From NCBI GenBank assembly GCA_965644295.1, contig CBFFRP010000217.1:124001-188000 (forward strand): a stretch of DNA of 64,000 nucleotides. The letters run 5' to 3'. A model generated the notes under the pieces. It ran no database searches. It worked only from the letters and a program-made list of their open reading frames with translations, and was not told where the DNA came from. The translations under genes and the position numbers were made by a program. Shown here one piece after another: positions 52,720 to 64,000 of this stretch. The first letter of the stretch is position 1; each line of letters begins with the position of its first letter. This stretch comes from Paraphysomonas bandaiensis (taxonomy: Eukaryota > Protista > Chrysophyceae).

Positions 52720-54436
52720 TTATACTGTGCTCTTAATGATAGCAGCCTTCGGAAAGGGGTCTTGCTTGGATATAATGAGTGTTCGTTTCTGGTGACTAAT
52801 ATATCCCTTCACCTTCCCTTGGTAGATGAGATTAGCAATTATACACTCGATTTCATCAAGGTCGATCTCCTCATCACCCATCCATTGCATAGCACTGTGA
52901 ACACGAATGTTGATGAGGAATCAATCATATAGATTAAAACACATAAGAAATTTCGACAATTCACATGCTCGACTTCAACAATATGAAGTGGTCATTTTCG
53001 TTACCAAATACTCACCTTTCCATCCAACCAAGTTTGATTCGAGTGCTATTAGATATCATGTACAGCTTCTTCAGGAGATTCCTATAAGCTATCATCTTTA
53101 CCTACAACGCGCCAGTCATATGAGATGTCGAGCCGTACATAGAATAAAGCACGCATGATCGCTAGCCATTTTCAAGGTACCTGTTCCAGAACGAGGTACA
53201 CGCCACTGCATATGAAAGTTCGTTGGTTCCTTTGCATAATCTGCAAGCCGATAAAATTAGAAATATAATAGCATTCACGACATACTCGATTCAATGACCA
53301 GTGAGGAAAACACAACATATACTTGAGTGTCACCTCATCATATGATTTCAAGTTTCCAGCGATGACTGCCCTCCCAAGATCCATATAATCTGTGAAACCG
53401 TACACAGTTCCCACAGCTGGCCCTGGCATCACTCCTAAGCACATTTGTACAGGTACCAGACTGCACAATATGCGACGACGATTCCGCACTTCCGATTGAG
53501 GTGTATGCCGAAGTGCAAACATAAAGCACTCCCTGTGACATCACAACTAAATAAGAATACAATTTAAAGTAATGATATGGATAAATAACCGCCATGTTGA
53601 TATTGAGATACTGTACTATGTATAAATATCGCATCGTACACACACCTAGCGTCTTCATATTTGTCTTCAAACATCTTTAGACGGCCGATATAAAACTTGT
53701 ACGTAACCACATCCGCAACAGGAAATAGATGATAAGAGTCGAGCGCATTAGCCGGTCCAGGCCTTTCCACTACATTAATTAGTTTGCTACACAGCTGTAG
53801 AGTGTTCAGTTTGAAATATATTTTGAAAAGAACATTAGTGACGGAAAATATCGCCAACTTCTTGCTATTGGGATCTGTGAAGGGAGTGCGGTCCTTCGCC
53901 ACAGCATTGAAGCCATTGGTGAGATTACGCAAGGCATCGCGGAGCGTCTCGTTATCTCTCTTCTTCATAGCAGTGTCCGCCTGTAACAGAGCATTATATA
54001 TCTCGTAGCCCGAAAGAAATGACAACTACGCAATATACATGAATAAGAAACTAACCTGCACAGCCAACATTCGCAAGTCATTAGATATTAAAACAAGAAC
54101 GGGTATTATCCAGTTGGATGGCTCATCTCTGAAGTACGCCAATATAGCATTATAGGACAGCAATTCGAAGTTGTACGACTCTGTCCACTTCCCATCACAC
54201 AATGCCACAAGAGCCTTTATCATATTGCCCACTGCAACTGCGATATTCGAATCAGATATATTCGACTCGCAATAGGAAACTGCGTTAATAGACTGCGCAC
54301 GCTGAGCAAGCTGTTTGTATATCTTGGGTATAGTTTTACGACCGAGAGGCAGCTGCAGTGATTTGGCTAATCTCACCCCATCCTCTGATCTGACATACCC
54401 ATTAATAGAGGAGATAAAAGAGTGCATATCAACCAT
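52720..54436 (-). CDS. PCID2: PCID2 copy 2 (apparently identical, convergent with copy 1)
   Basis: Exact mirror of 50068-51784 including introns, as far as can be read by eye. Confidence 0.9.
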
Positions 54437-54888
54437 GGTCACTACACACTTCCTTAAGATCTTTTAACTATAACTGCACTAGGGGCTTATGGCTTGTAGT
54501 GTGATTGTGGTATGGTGTCATCTTCAGCTCCTTTAATAGTATACATACATACAGAGTGTAGTCTGACTGAGTACTGTATACCAGACCACCGTATTCTACA
54601 CGTATTTCTTGTAGTCGGTATACAGTTAAGCAATCGTTTTACATATAACGTAAGCTGTATGAGGGTCTATGCACATGTATGTATATGATGATGCTTTCCA
54701 CTTCACTTCGAAGTGTTACGAGTCCATGTTCTATAGGGTTATATATACATACAGCAGTAGACAGCAGACCGCACCCGCACACGTACATCACTATCATAAT
54801 TATCCGTACATGACACTGCAGTTTGTCTCCACTGGGATGACTGTATAGCTCAATTAGAGGTCGAGTTTGTGAGTTCAATTCAGGAGCA

Positions 54889-57800
54889 ATGCGAAGGTCT
54901 CTGTTTTATCAGACAGATGATACAATCACGCTGAAGATCGAGGAGTCCCAGAATAACATCAATCATCTGCTCTCTCAGCTTGATGGAGTGGACTCTGTCG
55001 GCCAGAAGGAGTTCGGCTATGTTCAAGCGAATATATCGGACCTGATGGGGACATTTCATGATAGTCAGAATGTCCTACAAGGAGACTTAATGGATGTGTT
55101 GGAGAGCTTTAATAAGGGGACTATGACATCAGATGAGATACAGTCGCTGCTCATTAACGAGAAGGAGAGAGGAAATATATCTTTGAAGTTAGTGGAGGAT
55201 ATTCAGCTGCAAATGGATGAGGTTTTGTCATTTGTTGCCCATTTTATTTCTGATGTAGAAAGCGGGAAACCACTACCGAAAAATTCATTTCAGAGTTTGT
55301 TTCAAGAACTTGACGGCATGTCGGATTCCGTTCATGCTATGTCCAAGGTTGTACGAACTCCTTCGCGAAGGGTTAGGGAAGTTAAGGCGACTATTCAAAC
55401 TCAAGTTGAGCACCGACACGAAAAGTCGCGTGGTATCGGTGCACCACCGATCATGACTTTTCTCAACCAACAACACCGACGTCATGGATCTCCGAGTGAC
55501 ACATCCCGCCAGGATCGAGAGTTTTTCAAAGAAAGTGCTAGAGGACGAGAGAGTGCTAGGGGGGATCCTATGGCATCGCGGTCGGACTCGCGCCCTGATA
55601 GTCGCGGTGGGGGCACCGGCTCACCGAACACTCGCCCACAGCTGAGAAAAGTGAGCAGTTTTCGGGCACTCTCTGAAGCACGGAAAGAGAATGGACAGAA
55701 AGATGGGGATGATGACAAGGAAGATTTAGGGTTACATGGCAAAAAACCAAGCTATGCCGTCAAAGGCATTCAGCGTCAAAGAAGTGGGAATATAACTGTG
55801 AAATCGAGTCTTGTGAGATCACTAACGCGGGAAATGTCTGATGATGAAATCTCTATGGACTCGAGTGCAGATGCCGGAACAAACAAGTGGCGCCGTTCCA
55901 AGCCCAAGGGTGCTCATCGACAGACCCAAACGGATGAAGAAATCACACTCGTGCGTAGTGGTACATCTCCTCAGAAAGAAACGTCGGCTACAATGTCTAA
56001 AAATGTGATGGGGAAACTGTCCGCTGCAGGAAGCTTCTCGCCCTCCAAAAAGAGTATGATAAGTACGCATGAAAACGGTTCAGGCAGTCACCAGGGTGGG
56101 AGTGACATCCATGGTAAGTCCCAATCTGGTGTGTCAAAGCAGAGCACTGTTGTAGTAAAGCAAAAGACTCAAGCCACTGGTAGATCAAGTCAATTGACAG
56201 CACCGGGTGGTGTGGTTAAATCATCTACCAATCGTGGAACTCGAAATCAAGGTACAAGTCGACCGAGTAGTCGACCGAATAGTCGGCCAGTATCCCCTAG
56301 AGCTATGGAGAGCAGCTCATCTATTCCATCCATTACTGGCGGTGGTGTTACCAGTAGCGTTGGTAGCACTAACAGTGTTGGACTTAGTACTGTTGGTTCT
56401 GTTGTGGGAAGCGGTACAGCACAAGGAGGAATCTCGAGACAGTCCGGGTTAAGTAAAAATCTTGCTAAAGAAGTTATTGGAAAGCTAGAAGAACTCTCAT
56501 TTGATGAAGCAGAAGATGAAAAAGAAAAGGTTAGTGCCTAAGTGGTCACTGTGTGTTTGGGTACAATTCGAATCTTACATTACCTTATTCACCAATTTCT
56601 AACGTTTCTATTTCTTGATATATGTACAGTTGGAATTGGAGCGACTTAAACAAGATGCTGATGGCATGGCTAAGTATTTAGAATTGAAGGAAAAGCGTTT
56701 GGAGAAATTGGAAAGCAGACTCCAATCCAAGCAGGAAAACTTAGACATCATTATTGAAGGGCGGGTGAATATGCGAGTTCAAGAACTTCGTCTAAAAGTA
56801 AATAATGGAGAGAGTGAAAGTGACAATTCTAAAAAAGACTCCAGGTATTTAATTCCTTTCGTAGTTCTATGAATAATCAATGATTGTGACAGTTCGAGCG
56901 CTGGAGGAAATGCCTCTAATACCACAGCACCTATACGCACAACTGATTCTAAAGATGGGAAAAAGAAAGGCAAATCATCGACGGGACAAAAGAAACATCA
57001 CCCTTCCACCGGTGTACATACTAGCGATGCACCTGTAGTCTCCTCTTTAGCAAATGCAGCTCTTTCAGAACCTTCAGTTCCTTCTGGTTCATCAGATAGT
57101 GGCCCTTCATCAGTCCCTGCGGCAGCAGCTGCAGTGGGCACAATCGACTTGAATACAATCGTGAAGACAATAATACAATACTTACCTGTTGGAAGCGGGC
57201 CGCAGTCTTCTCAGCAAGCCCTGGCACTGCCCCAACAAGAGGGATCAGCTACATCAATGGGAAGGGAAGGTAGTGCAGCAGATGGGGGTACAGGCATGCA
57301 GAGACTTGTTTCTACTGGTACCGGACCATCTCGTCCTCCTTCAACAGAATCGAACAGGCCTACATCGCAGTCCAGCTGGCCGTCGTCCTCGCATCATCCA
57401 GGCGCAACCGAAAAAGTTATACCAGAAGGAAGCACAGAGGATGAGGGAGGCGGAATAAAGCTCCCACTTATTCCCCAACCTGGCGGAAAGTCTAGTGCTG
57501 CACTTGGGTCGTCTCGTCATCAGTTGTCGAATTCCTCAGTGGGTATGGACCCACATGCGGATGAAGCCCTGATGCATTCTAAGCCGAGTACTGCGAGCAA
57601 AGGGCGACCGGCATCTCGTGATCAAGAAAATAAGGTTAGAAGGGAGTCCCGAACACCAAGTAGAGTAGATGCGGGGGTTGATTCTGGGGAACGACCTGAA
57701 AGTAAGAGAAGCAGGAAAGACAGCAAGATTATTACGGGTTCTAATTATTCACATCATAGTATGACCGACGATGATGATGCCATTGCTGTCAATCTTTCGA

Positions 57801-59423
57801 ACTACTGCACAAGCCATTCTCTCAACCCATCTCGATCCAGCACTGGTGAACCCCGCGGTGTTCATGCCTCAGCACCCGACGTGAACCAGATATGGGTCCC
57901 CCCTCCTACGAAGTTATCGTCTAGGAAGTTGCCGAGCACTATTATGATTTTCCCTCTGCATAGTGTAGACCAGAGTACCTCAACAGATGATCTTCCAGGT
58001 GAGCCTGCCACTCGACCTGAGGTAGAGACCACTCCAGTACCCACAAGTTCTGTTGACGCTCCCATCGACGTGCGAGAGGATAGAATTACTATTACACGAG
58101 ATGGCGGAAAGAGTACTACGTTGGACAAGCTACAGAGCGAACTAATTAATTCCCCCAACCCATTGGCATTGCTCTACAAACACTTTTTCCCGTACCTATC
58201 GGTTCTCAGTCGACATCACCTTATGGCAGCGGCCTCAGGCACATGCTCTGATATGTCGAAACCGCTTGACGTTACCGCGCCAGCTTCGAAAGCTGGACCT
58301 ACGTATTCTACGGCTGGACTTGCTGAGTTGTTTGAAATAGTAACTGAAGAAGTTAGTAAGTTAGAATACACCTCGTACTATGCGTACGAAGCAATGGACG
58401 ACTGTGAAGAGACTGTGCATAGTTTGATTATAATTGCAGAATCAGGGCAACGAATAGACAAAGACTTTTTTGCAGCTCTAAAAGCCGCATCTAAACAAAT
58501 TGGTGAAATAGAAATGGCTGAAGCATGGGTCGATATGCTTCTTACTAATAGTCGAACTATTTTTAATCGAATTCGTGCTCTTGGCATCAATCCTTCATCG
58601 GTTGGACAAAAATTTTCTGATGCTTATAAGGCGTTCTTGAATTGTCAAGGGAGAAATGTAAGTACTCTAAGAACCATATGATTGGGTATTAACACCTACA
58701 TTCTTGCATCAGATTGCACTTAAGAAGAGGTTGCGAGCTTTAAAAAAGAAAGTGAACCTACATTTACAACAACCTATTGCTTCCATGAAGGAAGAAGACA
58801 ACGCGCCCAATGGGGCATTGCTGCATAAGCTTAATACTCTTGCGGCGCGTTGTGAGCAGCTGGAGGAAGATTTAGGAGATGCGCAAGATGAGGTGGAGGA
58901 ACTCAGAGCTCAGTGTATATTGATGGATAGAGAACTCGACCGCACTCCAGGAGCACTTTTTTTCTTTTCTGCACTCCATAATCCGAAACTACCGGAAATT
59001 GTTAGTAAGCATATACAACAACTAGGAAGCATTAAAGGAGTAATTGATGGCAAGGAGCATTTTGATTTCATGACTTTAAAGCATCGTTTGGAGGCTATAT
59101 TCCTGGGTTTGCCTGCTTTAAGTCAGTTCTTCAAGCGGTACACAGGTCTGCAAAAGAAGTGGTCACAATCCCGAGCGAAGCTTTTCTTAGACAAGAAATT
59201 AATTGGTGGTGATGCGGATAAGTATTTTATTTGTCCGATGTGCAATGTGGACTCTAGACTGATAACGACAGATGCGCTGGGAGGAAGTGCTGGAAGAAAT
59301 ATTATAAACTCTCCGAGGGGAAAGAGAAGTAGAGTGGGAACCGCCCACAGTCGAAGTGGACCTCTTACGTCGTTGTCCGTTAGAGAAGGCTCTGGCAGCA
59401 GAGAAGCATTCAGTCGAAGTTAG
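54889..59423 (+). CDS. Large multi-exon uncharacterised protein (coiled coils, Ser/Arg/Gly-rich disordered regions, C-terminal helical domain with CPMC)
   Basis: ORFs 54889-56541, 56615-56872, 57134-58681 and 58704-59423 are on one strand, separated by GT-AG introns (e.g. GAAAAG|gttagt...tacag|TTG; AGAAAT|gtaagt...atcag|ATT). Confidence 0.75.
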
Positions 59424-59737
59424 CTCTATCATTCTATCAGTATTTGTCACCTGTGTACGCCTTGAAAATTGTTGTGTTATATCGTATTAGTAAACTTGTG
59501 TTAGGCATAAAGATTTTCTGTGTTCTTAAAAATAATTACCGGATATGTAGTTATATATGAAAAAGTTTTTCGAGCCACACTGATAGTCAATCGATGTATC
59601 TTACTCTCAACAGTAGTCAACCCTAGCTGCACATAATAGTTACATATTTAAACAATGGAGACGAAGAATATGTTGTAGATCCTTGGGGGATTGACTTTAT
59701 TAATTATTCGTATGATCACATAGGTGTATTGTTGTGG

Positions 59738-61007
59738 GGGAAATATTATTCAACCTAGGCACGCTATTTTTGGTGGAATAACCTAGTCAAAATAATAAAT
59801 GACTCAACCTAGTCAACTTTGGTATTCAACCTAGTCGTTCTTATATCCATTGATTACACACTGTGACTGTCTAAGATACCATCTCACACCACACAATATA
59901 TTAGTGGCTTACAGAGCATCAAAACAAACACTCAAACATAACAATAAGCTCATATATACATATCTACTTAACACAGGTGTACGTGTATGTCTATCTAGCC
60001 TATCTGTAGCATGTATGTATATAGCGATGGGTCCCTGTGAGTGTTATGGGGAGGAGGGTCCATGAAGCTGTGGGTATAACTCACTCTATGATCCGCAGGA
60101 CATCTTGAGATCTTCATATGCTGTGAGTGATGGCGCTCACCTTCCTTCACTTCAGCAATGAATGAATGACTTTGATTGCTGTATTGGCTTTCCTGGGAGC
60201 ATAAATCTCCCTATTTTTAGTCCAACGAAGAAAAAAGGAGGTTTTCAGGGAACAAACTTCGAAAACCAGCATCATTGAAGTGGACTGTAGAGCAGCATCA
60301 GAACATCAGCATCATGAGTGTGTCATCAGTCGTACAGTATCATGAGTGTGTCATCAGTCTTACAGTATCATGAGTGTGTCATCAGTCGTACAGTGTCATG
60401 AGTGTGTCATCAGTCTTACAGCATCATGAGTGTGTCATCAGTCTTACAGTATCATGAGTGTGTCACAGTATGAAAGGCACCACCGTATAATATTATGTAT
60501 GTTGTACGGGAGATCCCTTAATAATCAAGCGCAAACTCAATATCGCTTGTGAGGTATGTAAAATACATTTATACCTCTCTACATATCTTAATTATGTGCT
60601 CAGGGAACATTGATGTGAAGCACATGTTGATCTCCATCAAGAGTCACAATGCAGCGAGGTCCCTCATCAACTTGAACCCACCGATGTCATGGCCCTTGGG
60701 AAGCTATGGAATTGCACCGGACATGGTCACGAGAAACTGTCCAATTCTCATCGGAATGCAACGTTATAATGTTATGTATGCATGTATACAATATCTACAT
60801 TTATCAATTGATGGCTAGAGTATGCTCCCATGTCTGAATGAAATTTTTTATTTTTGACTAGGTGAATACCATAAAACCTAGTCATTGTAAACTGAAAATA
60901 TGAATTATTAAATGACTAGGTTTTTCAACCGCTTGACTAGGTTTTTACACCAATTTTGGTGTGACTAGGAAATTACACCAATTTGACTAGGTTCAATAAT
61001 AGATCCC
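59738..61007. mobile_element. Non-autonomous Mutator-like DNA transposon (1270 bp)
   Basis: TIR GGGAAATATTATTCAACCTAG versus the reverse complement of the right end, GGGATCTATTATTGAACCTAG (18/21). 10-bp TSD ATTGTTGTGG at 59728-59737 and 61008-61017. Subterminal AACCTAGTCA motifs on the left and TGACTAGGT on the right. Confidence 0.88.
60311..60465 (+). repeat. 28-bp tandem minisatellite (ATCATGAGTGTGTCATCAGTC[GT]TACAGT, about 5.5 copies) inside the Mutator-like element
   Basis: Directly visible head-to-tail units without spacers. Confidence 0.95.
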
Positions 61008-61244
61008 ATTGTTGTGGTGTCGCCTCCGTAGGGTGTATATTAATATCTTCATTTTTGTTGAAATAGTAGTGGTGCAGTAACAACTGAGTAATGGAAGCTT
61101 ACAATATGCAGAATACAGAATACATATAAGAGCAATACATAACAAGAACATGAAATTCTCGGGCAGTATAGAAAATATCGCATCATTCCGACAAACACTT
61201 TATCTTAGTGCAATACTACTACACTACACCTGATAAACCAGGGG

Positions 61245-61395
61245 CTGGGAATACTCTTGAGGTGGGCCGGTTCCCAGATGCCTGTGTATTCGTCAATGCC
61301 CAACCATATCTGTCTACACGAGTGACACTTATCATGTCACTGCACCACACAAGCATTAGGCTATGAGCGGAAGAGCATTATCTGCTGTCATTATC
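61245..61395 (+). repeat. Diverged fragment of the dispersed repeat family
   Basis: CTTGAGGTGGGC..CCTGTGTATTCGTCAA..CACCACACAAGCATTAGGCTATGAG..TATCTGCTG matches 4033-4140 and the reverse complement of about 37340-37410. Confidence 0.65.
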
Positions 61396-61805
61396 AGACA
61401 ATTTCATATGGCGTGGATGCGGCTATGCAGCAGTGTGCTTCAGAGGAGGAGGTGTGTATGTATGTGTACACTGATGTGGACAACTACACGCACTGACGTG
61501 TATCTTTGGATTTTAGGAGACTGAAAGAGAAATATCAGAGAATTATATGTAAAATATAGAAATTATATATTTTTAGTGTATATTGTTCGAATATCAGGCT
61601 TTTTAGGGTACGAAAATGCTACACACGTTATACAATACTAGGCGACTAACATATGAATCTTCCCGTAGACTTACATATACAGCAGGCAGGAGTGTATACA
61701 TACCATAGCAGCAGCACACGTCTAGAGCATGAGAACTAACCACACTGCAGTGAACACAGTGATCTGATGAGCTCATGACACTCCGTGTATGTGTGGTTGA
61801 ATAAC

Positions 61806-64000
61806 ATGAGTCGGTTCAATAGGAGTAAAGCATCTAAACCTGTTGAGTATGAGTCGAGTCCAGCTAACCCCATAGGAGTAGCATGCGTCCTCCTTAAGTG
61901 CGGAGATCTCTACACACTGTCCATTACATCCATCTCTGTGTTCTATGAAGTCATATCGAATATCGATAACTTGAAGAGACTGAATGATAACTTCCCGAAA
62001 CTGTGCAGAAGAATACTCGATGTCCCGTCATGCTCCTGGCTGCTGCTGATGCTGTATGCTGCCCCCCACACACTCACCTTAAAGTTATTAGAAGAAGTGT
62101 GTATGTGATGCGTTATTTGGATTATACTAACTTTGTTATAGCTTGTGACTATATTTTCCGCTGCTCGCAAACTCCCGAAGGGGCTTGGCGTTAGAGGGTC
62201 GAGGGGAAAAGCCCATCTCAGTCCCGATGATCACGCTTCTATTGTTCTGGCATGCAAGGAGGCTATCCGTCTCACACTGGTATTGTCAGGCAAGATTATT
62301 GCACATCCATTGGAATCGAGGAGTCCTGTGTGGCTACTTGAGCTCAAGCTTCTAAGTGAGGAGGACGTAATGCAATGCGCCCTTTCGGTCAACTCTCTCT
62401 TGTATGAGTTAGAAATTAACCCAAAGCGGATGCTTATCTCCCACGAAGTGTCGAATATTATATCTTCCTTAGGTGCGAGGTTGCAGCGGTTTGAGAAGAT
62501 ATACATGCGACTTCACAAGTTAGATAAAGAACTGAAAGATCGTAACAAGGACCTTCTTAAAGCAAGGAGAGATTTCAGCTCTATGCTGTATGAGGTGGCC
62601 CATGTCGGTAAGTAAATGCTACTATATCTATAACCTGCTCATGAAATAATCATCAGAAAATGAGGAACAACTAGATATCCCAATAGACTACTACTTGAAA
62701 GAGAATGACGACATGAAATGGTTGTACGAGATTAAGGTCAAACGAAAAGCCGCTAAAGATAAAGTGCAAGATGAGTTCGTGTTGTGTCGCGGCCATTTTG
62801 ATGTAACTTTTTCTTGCATCCGCTGTATGTGTATCCTGGTCTCTCGCGTGGTAGCAATGTACACGGGGTTACACCTAGATACGACTTCACTTGTTCCTCT
62901 TGGCACTGACAGTACTCTCCCGAGCACTCGCAACGTCTCCGCAGCACTATATCCGACAATATACGGGGGCAATTCCTCTGCAGCTGACGGTAATGCCTCT
63001 CAGAAAGATGCTCTTGTGACTAGTTTGTTGCGGGAAGTTCCATGGGATAAACTGGCGAGTATTGCATACATTGAGCGGCGTGTCAGTGGTACTGTGTGTG
63101 CCCGGCTACTGGCCGCTACAGCATGTAAGCTGTCGGATATTTTACAGTGCAGACTTGTTCCATGGGCAAAGCGTGCGCTTGATGACATTGTTAATCTGCC
63201 CAGGTCCTCAATTTATATTATGTGATACTACTATATTTTTCGCATTCCCTGTGCATTATGTCTTTTATTAAGAATGAACTTTCAACTGCGAATTTTTAGG
63301 TGGTATCCAGTTATTGAAGACATTCCAGATGTTGAACTACCTGATTCTCCTAGGGGCGACATATTTGATTCCAATTTCGTGGATGATACTCCAAGAGAGT
63401 CGCCAACTGTGTTTTTCCGTCGCCCTATGACTGTAGATACACGTATTTCGACCGCCCTGGCCTTTTGGGCTTCTAGGGGAAACAGAGCGGTGTCCTCGCG
63501 TATGGCTAGTTGGAAGAATACTGTGGACGACGGATCAGATGAAAGTAGTTTGTGGTCTCAAGTGGTCGTCCTGGCCGAGAATAAAAGCGAGATCATTATG
63601 AACGCGGATGAGTACTACAATAAAACTGACCCGTCGCGCACATTTCGAGAAATGGATCTGAAAAACAAAGCGACTGTGCTACAAGAGTTGGATGTAGATA
63701 ACTCTGACAGTGACTCGGATAGTGAAAGTATGTCGGGGGATAGCTCAGTTGATGTCCCTCACTCTGAGGACGGCATATCATTGGAGCCTAGACATAATAA
63801 GGTTTTCAAACTAATGGTTAGAGATGATTATGCTATGGCAGTTCTTCATCTGTCAGCAACCGAATTTCCTGACGAAAATTCTGAGGAGTTTGATTTATAC
63901 AAAGACGGAAATAAAATATGCAAACAGTAAGTGTGATCGTTTTTTATTTATTGAGATAATTGTACCAATAGCGCCTATAATTGTGCGAGGTATATTCACG
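61806..64000 (+). CDS. 5' part of a multi-exon uncharacterised protein, probably continuing beyond the window
   Basis: Same-strand ORFs 61785-62108, 62145-62615, 62695-63225 and 63274-63930 separated by GT-AG introns. No recognisable domain. Confidence 0.65.

Larger units (their letters stand above)
50022..54482. repeat. Inverted duplication: arms 50022-51881 and 52623-54482 (1860 bp each), 741-bp spacer
   Basis: All ORFs in the arms are mirrored with identical translations (paired coordinates sum to 104504). Breakpoints were read directly from the sequence. Confidence 0.97.

Noticed and set aside
57178-57188. ATACTTACCTG matching the U1 snRNA 5' end
   Set aside because: It lies inside a coding exon and the following sequence is not U1-like, so it is a chance match.
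60311-60465. 28-bp repeats as a possible CRISPR array
   Set aside because: Head-to-tail with no unique spacers, no cas genes, and a eukaryotic TE context.

Overview
Gene-dense eukaryotic DNA with short (about 45-120 nt) GT-AG introns. The gene style (PT-repeat/RRL surface protein, copia type) suggests a stramenopile-like protist, which is an inference. Genes in order: 3' part of a CHD-like chromatin protein; an ankyrin plus repeat-motif protein; an N-acylated CaMK-family kinase; KDSR; a USP4/11/15-type deubiquitinase; a small single-pass membrane protein; a 15.4-kb intronless 5124-aa modular surface protein; a fatty-acid-desaturase-family gene; an APH/choline-kinase-like gene; two apparently identical PCID2 copies forming a 1.86-kb-arm inverted repeat beside a 1.2-kb (TACA/TACC)n microsatellite; and two uncharacterised genes. 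Mobile DNA: an intact, very young Ty1/copia element with non-canonical TG...TA LTRs, a solo LTR of the same family, a Mutator-like non-autonomous element with a 10-bp TSD, two hAT-like MITEs and a dispersed unclassified repeat family. The most notable items are the PCID2 palindrome, the giant modular surface protein, the motif-repeat ankyrin protein and recurrent TACA/GTAC elements at divergent promoters. All comparisons were made by eye, with no database searches, and exon boundaries are approximate where stated.
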